Assembly: GCA_964549615.1 (NCBI GenBank)
Contig: CAZJVP010000048.1
Location: 4,896 to 68,895 of the forward strand
DNA: 64,000 bases
Reading direction: 5' to 3'
From: an uncultured Thermococci archaeon
GTDB taxonomy: Archaea; CAYQAE01; CAYVLA01
Both the position numbers and the translations under genes were made by a program. The notes below the pieces were generated by a model, which worked only from the letters and a program-made list of their open reading frames with translations, ran no database searches and was not told where the DNA came from. Position 1 is the first letter of the stretch; every line of letters begins with the position of its first letter. Positions 8,891 to 18,089 of the stretch are shown in pieces.

Positions 8891-9167
8891 GCAGATAATG
8901 CCAACTCCGAGTTTTCCGGAAATCCTCAGCGCTTATCACCTCCGATCACTCCGGGATTGGAACTCTTGATCTGTGTTCGTCGATACGCTGCGGAACAAGC
9001 CGTTCCAGCGGTCTGGCCGGACGGATTCGGGCAGAGCGGGCGCGCGAACCGCCCAGTGGCATCGGATGAGATCCCCCAGTTCCTTCTCGTCGGCCTCGGA
9101 TGCGGCAAATGCGCGGCATAAGCAGTTTTATCCCATGGATTCCCGCTGCGGGAGCGGAGGCCAATCC

Positions 9168-11951
9168 ATGCGGAATCTGCCATCATGCGCGATCATTGCG
9201 ATCATGGCCTCATCCTTACTCGTGTCGATCGCCGGCTTGAACGCGGACTGGCCGATGTGGAGGCACGACCGCGAGAACTCGGGTCACTCCCCCCTGCCCG
9301 GCAACATGAACACGGCGCCCCAGGTTCTGTGGACGTACTTCGTGGGAGGCTACGCAAGCCAAGCGCTGGGGGTGGACCTAGACGGTGATGGGATGGAGGA
9401 GGTGGTCTATCTCACGGCAGGCAAGCTGAAGGCTGCCAAGACAGGCGGGGAGGAGATCTGGTCAACCCCACCTCTGGGGCTATCCAGCATCCTGGCGGTC
9501 GAGGACATCGGAGCAGACGGGTCGGTGGAGATAGTGGCATGCGTGTACTCGCCCTCGGCAATAGTCCTGATAGATTCCGAGACCGGGGGTCTTGTGTGGA
9601 ACTACAGCTTCCCCTCGCCATCGTCCGGGATCGGTCGCTACTCTTTCAAGGCCGCCGATATCTCGCCGCAGATGCCCGGCCCTGAACTCATCGTCTGGCC
9701 CTATAAGAGCGAGATCGGCTATGCCTTTGGCTTCCCGGCTGATGCAGCAAGCGGCCAGCTTCTGTGGACGGCGGAGGCGCCGGAGACTAGGAACTATCCA
9801 CCCCCGATAGCGGTCGCCGACCTGGACCTGGACGGCTCCATGGAAGTCTTCTTGGCAACGTTCGAGAGGATCTACTCCTTCGACGGGCTCACAGGTAGGC
9901 AGGAGATGCTTGCCTACTCACCCGGCATAAACAGGAACTATGGCACCATGGTCGCGACGAACCTGGACGAGGATCCCTACCCTGAGATCGCCCTCTTGGC
10001 GCCGAACCTCAACGAGCATCTCTGGATCGTGGACAATGACGGCTCGCGTCTGACCCAGATCTGGGACAGGTTCTTCGAGTACTCCTACCCGGATGACCTC
10101 GTGGAGATCAAGGTGACGGTCGACTCCGTGTCGGACGTCGATGGTGACGGCCGCAAGGAAATCGTCTTCTCCTTCTTCAACCAATCAGCGGATGCCAGAT
10201 GGCACACCCTCATTTGGGATGCCCTTACGGCTGCACAGGAAGGTGACCTCCTGGACGAGTACCTTCTGGCTGTGGCCGACATAGATGGTGACGGAACAGA
10301 CGAAGTCATCACCAGCGAGCAGCACCAGAGATCCACCCTCTATTACTCCAACATCAGCATACGCAGCCTCGATTCGGGGGAAAAGATCATCCTCAGAAAC
10401 ACGGGATTGGTCATGGACTACTGGGCGGCTTACCCGCTTGGGACGAACACGATAGCCAACGGCGAGAGATGGATGGAAGGCGAGCATGGCTATGCGATAT
10501 GGGCCAACGGCTCACTCGGTTTCCTGAAGCTTGTCAACGGTGTGCCCCGGATCAGATGGGTGGTGCGGCAACCATCGGTGGGATTGACCATCCTGGGGAC
10601 CTATTCTGGAACGGGGGTGCTGGCGAGCGGGAACGATGGCTGGCTCAGAGCTTACGATGAGTCGGGAGATGTCGTCGGAATGTTCAGGACCGGCGGCTTC
10701 CTCTCGAGCCTCGTGGCAGCCGACCTTGACGGCGACGGCAAGGTGGAGGTCATAGCGAAGAATAGCCAAGGAAAGCACGTCGTCCTTGAATGGAACGGCT
10801 CACAATCGGGCGAGATCAGGGGCGCGCCCAGGTACGCCAAATTCGGCAAGGACGGATCGTTCGTCGTATGGGACATGGACGGCAACGGGCAGCCGGAGAT
10901 CCTGGTCGGGGAACCGAATGCCCTGGGCGTCCTGGATGGGTCCGGGACCCTTCTGGAGAGCTACTCCCTTCCCTCAAATCCGTACGACTGGATGGTGGCG
11001 AACATCACGGCAGACTCACACTGGGATCTGTTCGTCTGCTGCCTTGGGACGGGCAGCCACACGGCCTACACGCTTGCGATAGACGGCGCCTCCGGTCGGG
11101 TGTTGTGGACCAAGCAATACGGCACTTACGCAGGCTTCATGAGCGTGATGGATTACGACGGGAACGGGCTGGACGACCTTGTGATGCGCGAACACTTCGA
11201 CTTCTACATCATACTAGGGCCGACCGGCGAGGAACGCAAGGGGACCTCCATCTGCGGCTACCACGCCCCCATCCTGACGGACATCGAAGACGACGGCCGC
11301 GTGGAGATCGTCTGGGGCGGCGGTTGGGGCAGCCTAGCGGTGGACCGCAAGTACGATTGGGTGATCGCAAACGTGACCTTCACCTATACGGCGCAGGTCT
11401 GGGTGAAGCTCTTCGGCGGCGGGGACAGCGACGAGATATACGGCAAGATGCCCGCGGTTGCGGACGTGGATGGCGACGGCATCAAGGAGGTTGGAATTGG
11501 GAACCGGAACGGCACCTTCCATTGCTTCGACGGATCCAGCGGCAGGCTTGAGTGGAACTTCGCAGTGGGCTCGTCTTCGTCGGATGTCCACAGCTGCGAC
11601 ATCGACGGCGATGGGCTTGCAGAATTCCTCTTCGGCACCGGGGACGGGAGGCTCATCTCGCTGGGACGCGACGGGATCGAGTGGGAAATGTACTTCGGGG
11701 ACACAGTGGGAGAGCCGATCCTGTGCGACCTCGATGGAGACATGAGATCCGACATCCTCGTTCCGGTCATGGATGGGTACGTGTACGCGCTCCACATACC
11801 GGAGCGGGTTCTGAGTTCGATTTCGACGGGGCTCTTCGCGTTCGGATTTCTCAGGATACGCAAGCGCTCCCATGACAAGGGCGTCCATGCCTCAATCCAT
11901 GAAGGTGGAAGTGAACATGTTTGTCCTATCGGGTGGCCTTCCTTCCCCTGA
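9168..11951 (+). CDS. Large secreted FG-GAP/VCBS-repeat beta-propeller protein with C-terminal TM helix
   Basis: Signal-like MRNLPSCAIIAIMASSLLVSIAG, then DWPMWRHDRENSGHSP and at least 12 clear Ca-binding-like repeats (VDLDGDGMEEVVY, SDVDGDGRKEIVF, ADIDGDGTDEVIT, ADLDGDGKVEVIA, ADVDGDGIKEVGI, CDIDGDGLAEFLF and others). TM STGLFAFGFLRIRKR lies near the end. The ATG at 9168 is preceded by GGAGCGGAGG; the ORF-track start at 8973 is judged a spurious extension. Confidence 0.85.
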   Translation: MRNLPSCAIIAIMASSLLVSIAGLNADWPMWRHDRENSGHSPLPGNMNTAPQVLWTYFVGGYASQALGVDLDGDGMEEVVYLTAGKLKAAKTGGEEIWSTPPLGLSSILAVEDIGADGSVEIVACVYSPSAIVLIDSETGGLVWNYSFPSPSSGIGRYSFKAADISPQMPGPELIVWPYKSEIGYAFGFPADAASGQLLWTAEAPETRNYPPPIAVADLDLDGSMEVFLATFERIYSFDGLTGRQEMLAYSPGINRNYGTMVATNLDEDPYPEIALLAPNLNEHLWIVDNDGSRLTQIWDRFFEYSYPDDLVEIKVTVDSVSDVDGDGRKEIVFSFFNQSADARWHTLIWDALTAAQEGDLLDEYLLAVADIDGDGTDEVITSEQHQRSTLYYSNISIRSLDSGEKIILRNTGLVMDYWAAYPLGTNTIANGERWMEGEHGYAIWANGSLGFLKLVNGVPRIRWVVRQPSVGLTILGTYSGTGVLASGNDGWLRAYDESGDVVGMFRTGGFLSSLVAADLDGDGKVEVIAKNSQGKHVVLEWNGSQSGEIRGAPRYAKFGKDGSFVVWDMDGNGQPEILVGEPNALGVLDGSGTLLESYSLPSNPYDWMVANITADSHWDLFVCCLGTGSHTAYTLAIDGASGRVLWTKQYGTYAGFMSVMDYDGNGLDDLVMREHFDFYIILGPTGEERKGTSICGYHAPILTDIEDDGRVEIVWGGGWGSLAVDRKYDWVIANVTFTYTAQVWVKLFGGGDSDEIYGKMPAVADVDGDGIKEVGIGNRNGTFHCFDGSSGRLEWNFAVGSSSSDVHSCDIDGDGLAEFLFGTGDGRLISLGRDGIEWEMYFGDTVGEPILCDLDGDMRSDILVPVMDGYVYALHIPERVLSSISTGLFAFGFLRIRKRSHDKGVHASIHEGGSEHVCPIGWPSFP

Positions 11952-12360
11952 GATATTCTCCCACATGCCTAGCGAACTCATCGAAGTCCTTCAGTTCTTT
12001 CACCAAGTACCCGTGTAGCCTCTCCACGTCGACATCGGCATAGGCATGAACCAGCAGGTTTCTGAAGCTGGCCGCCGGGGCGAACCTCCTAGCAAATCTC
12101 GCGGGAAGGACGCCCTCCCGGCCCAACGTTAGGATCGCTCCCCGATAGTCCTCGGGCTTCTCAAACCCTTCCTCCGAGATGATGACCTCCGCGATGTCCA
12201 GAGCGGCCTCTATCGCGACCTGGAAGTTGCGTTCGATTGCGCTCCTTAACTCGTAGTTATCTTTGAGCTGTCCCACCGTCACATTCTGTTTGCCTCGAAG
12301 GTAATCAATGCACCTTTTCATCGACATGAGCTTCCTAGCTACTGTCTCGCCCGCCTCCAT
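11926..12360 (-). CDS. hepT: HepT-type HEPN toxin (DUF86)
   Basis: R-x4-H-x-Y motif RNLLVHAY, ~140 aa, immediately downstream (4-nt gap) of a MNT-type nucleotidyltransferase gene. Confidence 0.9.
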   Translation of the reverse strand: MEAGETVARKLMSMKRCIDYLRGKQNVTVGQLKDNYELRSAIERNFQVAIEAALDIAEVIISEEGFEKPEDYRGAILTLGREGVLPARFARRFAPAASFRNLLVHAYADVDVERLHGYLVKELKDFDEFARHVGEYLRGRKATR

Positions 12361-12364
12361 GGGA

Positions 12365-12778
12365 TCACTCCAATCCCTTCTCGGACACCCTCCTCAGAAA
12401 CGCGTCCACGGCCCGTTTCTCATAGTATCTCCTGTCCAGATACAACGACATTATCCGATGCTCGACCTCGACCTTCCTCGAGGCATCCCTGACGAAGACC
12501 GGCTTGAACCTGATTATCTCATAGTTCAAGCTGGGGCTGGCGTCGTTCATGACAACCAAGTCCACCTTGTCGGTCTTGAGCAGCGATGCGATCTCCGACA
12601 TCAGCCTCAGCCGCATCTTGAACCTTTCATCGCCTGAAAGCGATTCGTCCAGGTACACCGCGATGTCGACATCGCTCAGCTTGCCCCCCTCGCCACGTGC
12701 TTGCGACCCGAAGATGTAAGCGAGCTGGACCTGTTTGTGTCGCCGGGCGAATTCCCTTATCTGCTCCTCGAACTCCAT
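12365..12778 (-). CDS. mntA: MntA-type minimal nucleotidyltransferase antitoxin
   Basis: Pol-beta-like NTase motif IFGSQARGEGGKLSDVDIAVYL (G-S...D-x-D), 137 aa. Confidence 0.9.
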   Translation of the reverse strand: MEFEEQIREFARRHKQVQLAYIFGSQARGEGGKLSDVDIAVYLDESLSGDERFKMRLRLMSEIASLLKTDKVDLVVMNDASPSLNYEIIRFKPVFVRDASRKVEVEHRIMSLYLDRRYYEKRAVDAFLRRVSEKGLE

Positions 12779-13088
12779 GCCGAATCCGCGTATGGATCTA
12801 GCGTACCCGAGTATTAACTTTACCCATCACGAGATTAGTGAGCTGGGAAGAGCGGCGCATTGGCAGAATACAGGTGTGCCGAGCCCCGTTTGGTTCAGGT
12901 CGGATCCGACGGCAATGTAGCCAAGTAGCACCGTGTTGAACAGCCTAGCCTGGGATGCGATACGTCAGAGGGAAGGTGGACTCCAGGGACCGATGCGTAT
13001 GGCTCTTGCCGGCCCAACCTGCTATCAGTGTCTTATTCGCCCAGCTGTCCCCGTGCCCAGTCTAGGTCGAAGCTGGACTGCCGCGGAT

Positions 13089-14744
13089 TCAGACAGCCTG
13101 CCGCCTGCGAGAGGAGAGGGAACTCCTGATTCTTCCGCCGATCCTGGGGAAGGGTGCCAACGGCCGTCTGAAGGTAACGGCATTCAACCTGCCCCCGTTG
13201 ATGTCCTCCACCATCTTCCTCAGGTCCCAGCCGTATTGGCGCTCGCAGACGCTGACTGCCCGAAGCCCAATCCTAGTTCCGAGCTCTACCAGGAGGCGGA
13301 CGCCGACCTTGGAGGTCGGGCCTGAGAGGCGTCGGATCATCTGGGGCCCGAGGATGTATGGGACCGATCTGAGGGTGTGAAGCCAGCACTTCATGAACAA
13401 CTCCCCGTGGAGGGGGGTTAGATCGGCGAGGCGGAAGGAACCCCTTCCCCGGTTGTTTATGTCGACGTAGAAGAGGGGCACCAGAAGGCCGATATGCCCC
13501 TTCAGGCTCTCCACGAGCTCCAGCGTGAGCTCGATGTCCTGCGGCGTCTCGCCCGGCAACCCAACAATCAGCGTCGCGCACGCCAGCCATCGATGCTCGG
13601 AAAGAAGGTCAAAGCATCTCCGCACCATATCGGGCCATTCCTCGCTGCGGAACGGCTTCGGCTTGCCGGGAAGGAACTCCCTGATCAATCTCGGACTCCC
13701 AGTCTCGATTCCGACCTGTCCACTCACGATGAAGCGTGACTTGAGCTCGTCGCCCCTGCCCTCCCTCTCCTTCGCGTCTCGTATCTTCTCGTTGATCTCC
13801 TCCAGAAGCGAATCAGCCTGCACGATCGATGAAACTGAGAAGTGGCTAACGGCTAGGTCATGAACGCCGGGGATCGACAGCACCGCGCCAAGAAGCTCCT
13901 TTATCCGTTCAGGACTTATGCGGGATCCACGGGAGCCATATGCGAGCACATCCTCGGAGTGAAGTATCGGCTGTTGGCCGGCCCTGAGGTTGAGAGAGAC
14001 CTCGGCCACTATCTTCTCAAGGGGGATGCTCCGAAGCCTCCTCATCGCCGGGATGCAGAAACGACACCCCCTCCCGCATCCCCTCGCCACTTCGACGAGC
14101 CCTGCGACTGAGGGCTGAGCTATGATCGGTATCTCCTCGGCGAGCACATACTGGCCTTCGACCACCCTTGGCGCCGACCTACCTTGCACCAAGTCGCCGA
14201 AGAGCTTTGGGACGACCTTCTCGCCCTCCCCCACCACCACATGGTCTATCCCCAGATCGTCCATCGTTTCCTCGTCGGCAAGCTGCCAAGCCCCCGGTCC
14301 TCCCAACACGATCTTCGCGTCCGTGCTCCCTCTTATGGTCTCCAGAAGTGCCCTAAGATTGTGCTCCATGTAGGAGACCCCGCCCATGAGTTCCCTGAAC
14401 GTGGAGGTGGCCGGGCCGATGCCCAAGGGGTCGTTCGCCGTCAGCCCCACGACGAGCGTCTTTGGCCCCAAAAGTTCGCTCAGATGCATGGGATGCGCGA
14501 CGATCACGTCATCTCTATGAAACCCAGAGACCAGCAGGCTCGCCTCAACCTTCCTCAGACCGTACGGGGCAAACCTAGCCGAGCCGTCGGCGTTCGCGTC
14601 CACAATGGGACAGAGCAAGCTGTAGTACACCCAATCCGGGAGCCTGCCGCGCGGCAGCGTGGCCGCGAAACCAAGGAAAAGGTGGCTGTGGTAGCTGCTC
14701 ATCAGGGTCCTTTCCGATGTCAGGACGATCTTTCTCTCAACCAT
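13089..14744 (-). CDS. B12-binding-domain (class B-like) radical SAM protein
   Basis: N-terminal Rossmann-like B12-binding-type region (LVVGLTANDPLG..., IVLGGPGAW), then the radical SAM cluster motif ARGCGRGCRFC (CxxxCxxC) and the VGLPGET block. Confidence 0.85.
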   Translation of the reverse strand: MVERKIVLTSERTLMSSYHSHLFLGFAATLPRGRLPDWVYYSLLCPIVDANADGSARFAPYGLRKVEASLLVSGFHRDDVIVAHPMHLSELLGPKTLVVGLTANDPLGIGPATSTFRELMGGVSYMEHNLRALLETIRGSTDAKIVLGGPGAWQLADEETMDDLGIDHVVVGEGEKVVPKLFGDLVQGRSAPRVVEGQYVLAEEIPIIAQPSVAGLVEVARGCGRGCRFCIPAMRRLRSIPLEKIVAEVSLNLRAGQQPILHSEDVLAYGSRGSRISPERIKELLGAVLSIPGVHDLAVSHFSVSSIVQADSLLEEINEKIRDAKEREGRGDELKSRFIVSGQVGIETGSPRLIREFLPGKPKPFRSEEWPDMVRRCFDLLSEHRWLACATLIVGLPGETPQDIELTLELVESLKGHIGLLVPLFYVDINNRGRGSFRLADLTPLHGELFMKCWLHTLRSVPYILGPQMIRRLSGPTSKVGVRLLVELGTRIGLRAVSVCERQYGWDLRKMVEDINGGRLNAVTFRRPLAPFPRIGGRIRSSLSSRRRQAV

Positions 14745-15100
14745 CCTGCCAGCCCCCGTAGCCGAATTCTATGAGTAAGCCAGACTCAAGTCATCCAGCT
14801 AGCGTGCCACCGGCCTGCGTCCCGGGATGGGCGATCCCCCTCATATTTTTTTCGATACGCAAGGCAAATGACGCAAAGAGACACCGGCCCATCGAACCCC
14901 AACAAGACCTTCGAGACAAGGATCCACGAGGACCTTCGGATGCCAAGGACGGCCCGGCCAAGGTGGAGGGGATGGAAGGACAACCACCGCCCGTAAATCC
15001 CTGTCGGGCGGCCCATCAAGTCTCAGGCGTTGCCAGCTGCTTCACTCCTAGGACGTAGGAAAATAGATATCTGTCATCGCGGACCCGTATACAGTCCGGG

Positions 15101-16360
15101 GTGGCGATGGAACTGCGAATCCCCTGCGGATCTCGCCGGAATCGGATGGTCCTAGGTATTCTAGCGGCAGTTCTTCTGCTCGGTCTGCTGGGAGTCTTGC
15201 CGATCAAGCTCAAAACCCCTCATGTTCTTAGCGGACTGCCCAGCGCCGTGATACTCACCGAATGGGGTGAGCGAGAAGAAGAGCTTGTCTGGGAGCAGCA
15301 CAATCCTACCGGTCGCTGGGAGGAGGGCTTGTGGAAGACGACGCTTCCGTTCTGGATGAATGCGATTGGAGCTGTAGAGGTGGCCCGGATGCAAGGAATG
15401 CCCGTCGTAGGCTGCTGGCTCTCTGGGATGGGGGAGAGGGGCCCGACCCTTGTCCATGTGGACTTGGTGAACAACAAGAAGTACACCTTGGACGTGAAGA
15501 AGGCTACGGGCATCAACGAGGTGAAGAGCATGGCGGCGAACTGGACCGGGGAGGTGTGCGTGGGAGGACTGGAGGGAATGGGATGGTTCCACAACGACAG
15601 CTTCACCTGGACCTTCTACCCGGTGGGGAGCCGTGGCATCCCTGGCCCCGTGACGATGCTTCACTTCGACCGTGAGGGCAAGCTCTGGGCAGGTGGCTAT
15701 GTCTACCCGGGCGACGACGAGGCCAAGCCTACCGAGGGTTGGATCTCCGTCTACGATGGAAAGACTTGGAAGACCTGGACCGAGTGGCTACTCTACCCGT
15801 ACGGCAAAAGAAACAAAGTGCCTCTTCCGCCTGTCTGGGACGTCGCGTTCAAAGAGGAGGTCCCCATCATCGCCACCGATAGGGGGCTGGCTTTCTACGA
15901 CTCTGGAGAGGGAGAGATTCACGCCATAGAGCCGGGCCGGGGTCCTCCCGTCGCGGGGATCGAGGTGGCTGATACCCCGATTGTCAAGATCTTCTACGAT
16001 GAGGCGGGGAGCCCATGGCTGATAGGCGGTGATCCCGTGCGGGGCGGGCGTTACCTATCCTACGTCTCCGGCTCTCGCACTAGGAGGGTATCCTTCGCAC
16101 CGACCGACAACCCTCGATGGATTCACTTTGGCCTAGGCCGGATATGGGTGGTTGCAGACCAGAACATCTTCCTCTGCAACAAGTCGATGTACGGCGAAGA
16201 TGTCTGGAAGAATGGGTACATAGGAGGTGGACCCCACGGCTTCCTGTTTGACAGGGAGGGCAAGGTGTACTTCACCGGCAGGCTGGGTCTTTTCCGTTTC
16301 GACTTCGAAACCTATGGTGACATGTACTTCTGGATCTACGAGGTCGAGCACGTAGCATAG
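15101..16360 (+). CDS. Membrane-anchored repeat protein, beta-propeller-like (two-component-regulator-propeller-like repeats)
   Basis: N-terminal TM MVLGILAAVLLLGLLGVL. Repeated strand-turn blocks (GMGWFHNDSFTWTFY, LWAGGYVY...GWISVYDGKTWKTW, RGLAFYDSGEG, IWVVADQNIFLC, VYFTGRLGLFRFD) loosely resemble the 52125-53390 protein. Confidence 0.55.
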   Translation: MAMELRIPCGSRRNRMVLGILAAVLLLGLLGVLPIKLKTPHVLSGLPSAVILTEWGEREEELVWEQHNPTGRWEEGLWKTTLPFWMNAIGAVEVARMQGMPVVGCWLSGMGERGPTLVHVDLVNNKKYTLDVKKATGINEVKSMAANWTGEVCVGGLEGMGWFHNDSFTWTFYPVGSRGIPGPVTMLHFDREGKLWAGGYVYPGDDEAKPTEGWISVYDGKTWKTWTEWLLYPYGKRNKVPLPPVWDVAFKEEVPIIATDRGLAFYDSGEGEIHAIEPGRGPPVAGIEVADTPIVKIFYDEAGSPWLIGGDPVRGGRYLSYVSGSRTRRVSFAPTDNPRWIHFGLGRIWVVADQNIFLCNKSMYGEDVWKNGYIGGGPHGFLFDREGKVYFTGRLGLFRFDFETYGDMYFWIYEVEHVA

Positions 16361-16601
16361 CCCGGTGGAACCCAGGCATAGTGCTCGATTGCCAGCACTC
16401 AATCCGCCAAGCTGTGCCCACGTCGATAGACGGTCTTGCTTTCTGCCTCAGGTCGGGCGATCCGGGAGGCAAGCAAGGAGTCAGGAAGGTTACGCAGCCT
16501 TCTCAGCAAGCAGAAGGATCTGGCCGACCTGCCGTGTCATGCGCATCGTCCTTTCCGATACGAAGATTGGATGTGGGGTGGGATTCGCCCCGCACAGTGA
16601 A

Positions 16602-16692
16602 TGGGCCCGGCGGGATTCGAACCCGCGACTTGAGGCTTAGAAGGCATGCGGGCCAAGGGCTCCCCGCCCCATCCTAGCTAGGCCACGGGCCC
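16602..16692 (-). tRNA. tRNA, best read as tRNA-Arg(UCU) with a 16-nt intron at a non-canonical position (29/30)
   Basis: Minus strand: GGGCCCG TG GCCT AGCTAGGATG GGGC G GGG[AGCCCTTGGCCCGCAT]GC CTTCTAA GCCTC AAGTC GCGGG TTCGAAT CCCGC CGGGCCC A. The acceptor stem (7 bp) and T arm (5 bp) are perfect, with T-loop TTCGAAT. The anticodon stem closes only after removing 16 nt. No CCA is encoded. Confidence 0.7.
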
Positions 16693-16713
16693 CCCTTGCT
16701 GGGGCCGATCTCA

Positions 16714-16721
16714 TTAAAAAT
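16714..16721 (-). promoter_or_regulatory. TATA box for the tRNA gene
   Basis: The minus strand reads ATTTTTAA, centred about 26 nt upstream of the tRNA 5' end at 16692. Confidence 0.45.
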
Positions 16722-16970
16722 CGTTCTCTGATCGGACGAGGCCCGGCGCAACCAGAAGGATGGTTCTGTGCGAAGCGGGGGCCAAGAAGCGGAAATCCGA
16801 TCCAAGAACCGTGCCGGACGGTCAGCAGAGGTCCGCTGAACAAACATTTTTATGGTGCTTGCCGGGACGCTGGCCAAAGAGGCCTGGGTCCGCTCCTGGA
16901 CCACGGCCGTGCTCTGCTTTTCCCACCTAGATGTGAGAAAGCGGTGAAGGCGATCTAGAGGAGGAGTGAC

Positions 16971-18089
16971 ATGGCAAAAGTGAGTCTGAGCGTGATCAAA
17001 GCTGACGTTGGGAGTTTGGCGGGACACACCGTCGTCCCCAACGAGTTGAAGGAGATAGCGAGGAAGAGCCTCTCCGAGGCCAAGAAGAGCGGCCTCATCA
17101 AGGACTTCTACGTTGCCAACTGCGGGGATGACCTTGAGCTCATCATGGCCCACAACAAGGGCACTGACAATGCGGAGATCCACGGACTAGCGTGGAAGAC
17201 CTTCGAGAAGGCGGCTGACAAGGCCAAGGAGATGATGCTCTACGGCGCGGGCCAGGACCTACTGTCGGACGCATTCTCGGGGAACGTCCGGGGGATGGGG
17301 CCAGGGATCGCGGAGATGGAGTTCACGCAGCGCAAGGCCGAGCCCCTCGTAGTCTTCATGATGGACAAAACGGAGCCCGGCGCGTTCAACCTTCCCATCT
17401 TCAAAATCTTCGCCGACCCGTTCACAAACGCGGGCCTCGTCATCGATCCCAACGCGCATGCCGGCTTCAGGTTCGAGATCTGGGACATCCTGGAACACAA
17501 GAAGGTGATGATGAGCTGCCCTGAGGAGATGTACGACATGCTCGCCCTGATCGGCGCAAAGGGCAGGTACGTCATCAAGAGGGTCTATCCCAAGAAGGAG
17601 CACCCCAAGCTGCCACCCGAGGAACCCGTCGCGGTCGTCAGCACGGAGAAGCTGTTCCAGATAGCGGGCGAGTACGTCGGAAAGGACGATCCCTGCGGGA
17701 TAGTGCGGGCCCAGTCCGGCCTTCCCTCAACGGGCGAGGTTCTCGAGGGATTCGCGTTCCCGCACTTGGTGTCGGGATGGATGCGCGGTAGCCACAACGG
17801 GCCACTCATGCCCTGCGCCGAGAAGGACGCGGTGTGTTCAAGGTTCGACGGCCCGCCAAGGCTGGTTGGCCTTGGCTTCAACCTGGCGAACGGCATCCTA
17901 CACGGACCCATGGACATGTTCGCAGATCCGGTCTGGGACTACCAGAGAATGGAGGCCGCGAAGATAGCGGACTACATGAGGAGGCATGGGCCATTCGAGC
18001 CCCACAGGCTGCCTCTTGAGGACATGGAGTACACGACCTTGCCGAAGGTCCTCAAGAACCTCTCCGGGCGGTTCGAGCCCGTCGAGTAG
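16971..18089 (+). CDS. fbp: Fructose-1,6-bisphosphate aldolase/phosphatase (archaeal class V FBPase)
   Basis: The N-terminus SLSVIKADVGSLAGHTVVP and the ~370-aa length are characteristic of this family. GGAGGAG lies 8 nt upstream of the ATG. Confidence 0.95.
   Translation: MAKVSLSVIKADVGSLAGHTVVPNELKEIARKSLSEAKKSGLIKDFYVANCGDDLELIMAHNKGTDNAEIHGLAWKTFEKAADKAKEMMLYGAGQDLLSDAFSGNVRGMGPGIAEMEFTQRKAEPLVVFMMDKTEPGAFNLPIFKIFADPFTNAGLVIDPNAHAGFRFEIWDILEHKKVMMSCPEEMYDMLALIGAKGRYVIKRVYPKKEHPKLPPEEPVAVVSTEKLFQIAGEYVGKDDPCGIVRAQSGLPSTGEVLEGFAFPHLVSGWMRGSHNGPLMPCAEKDAVCSRFDGPPRLVGLGFNLANGILHGPMDMFADPVWDYQRMEAAKIADYMRRHGPFEPHRLPLEDMEYTTLPKVLKNLSGRFEPVE

Noticed and set aside
8973-9167. Upstream extension of the FG-GAP ORF (ORF-track start 8973).
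   Set aside because: The extension is Arg/Ser/Ala-rich and precedes a clean signal peptide that starts at the ATG at 9168, which has its own GGAGCGGAGG ribosome-binding site.
10790-11551. 253-aa alternative-frame ORF inside the FG-GAP gene.
   Set aside because: Extremely Arg/Gly-rich, and the overlapping frame carries regular FG-GAP repeats.
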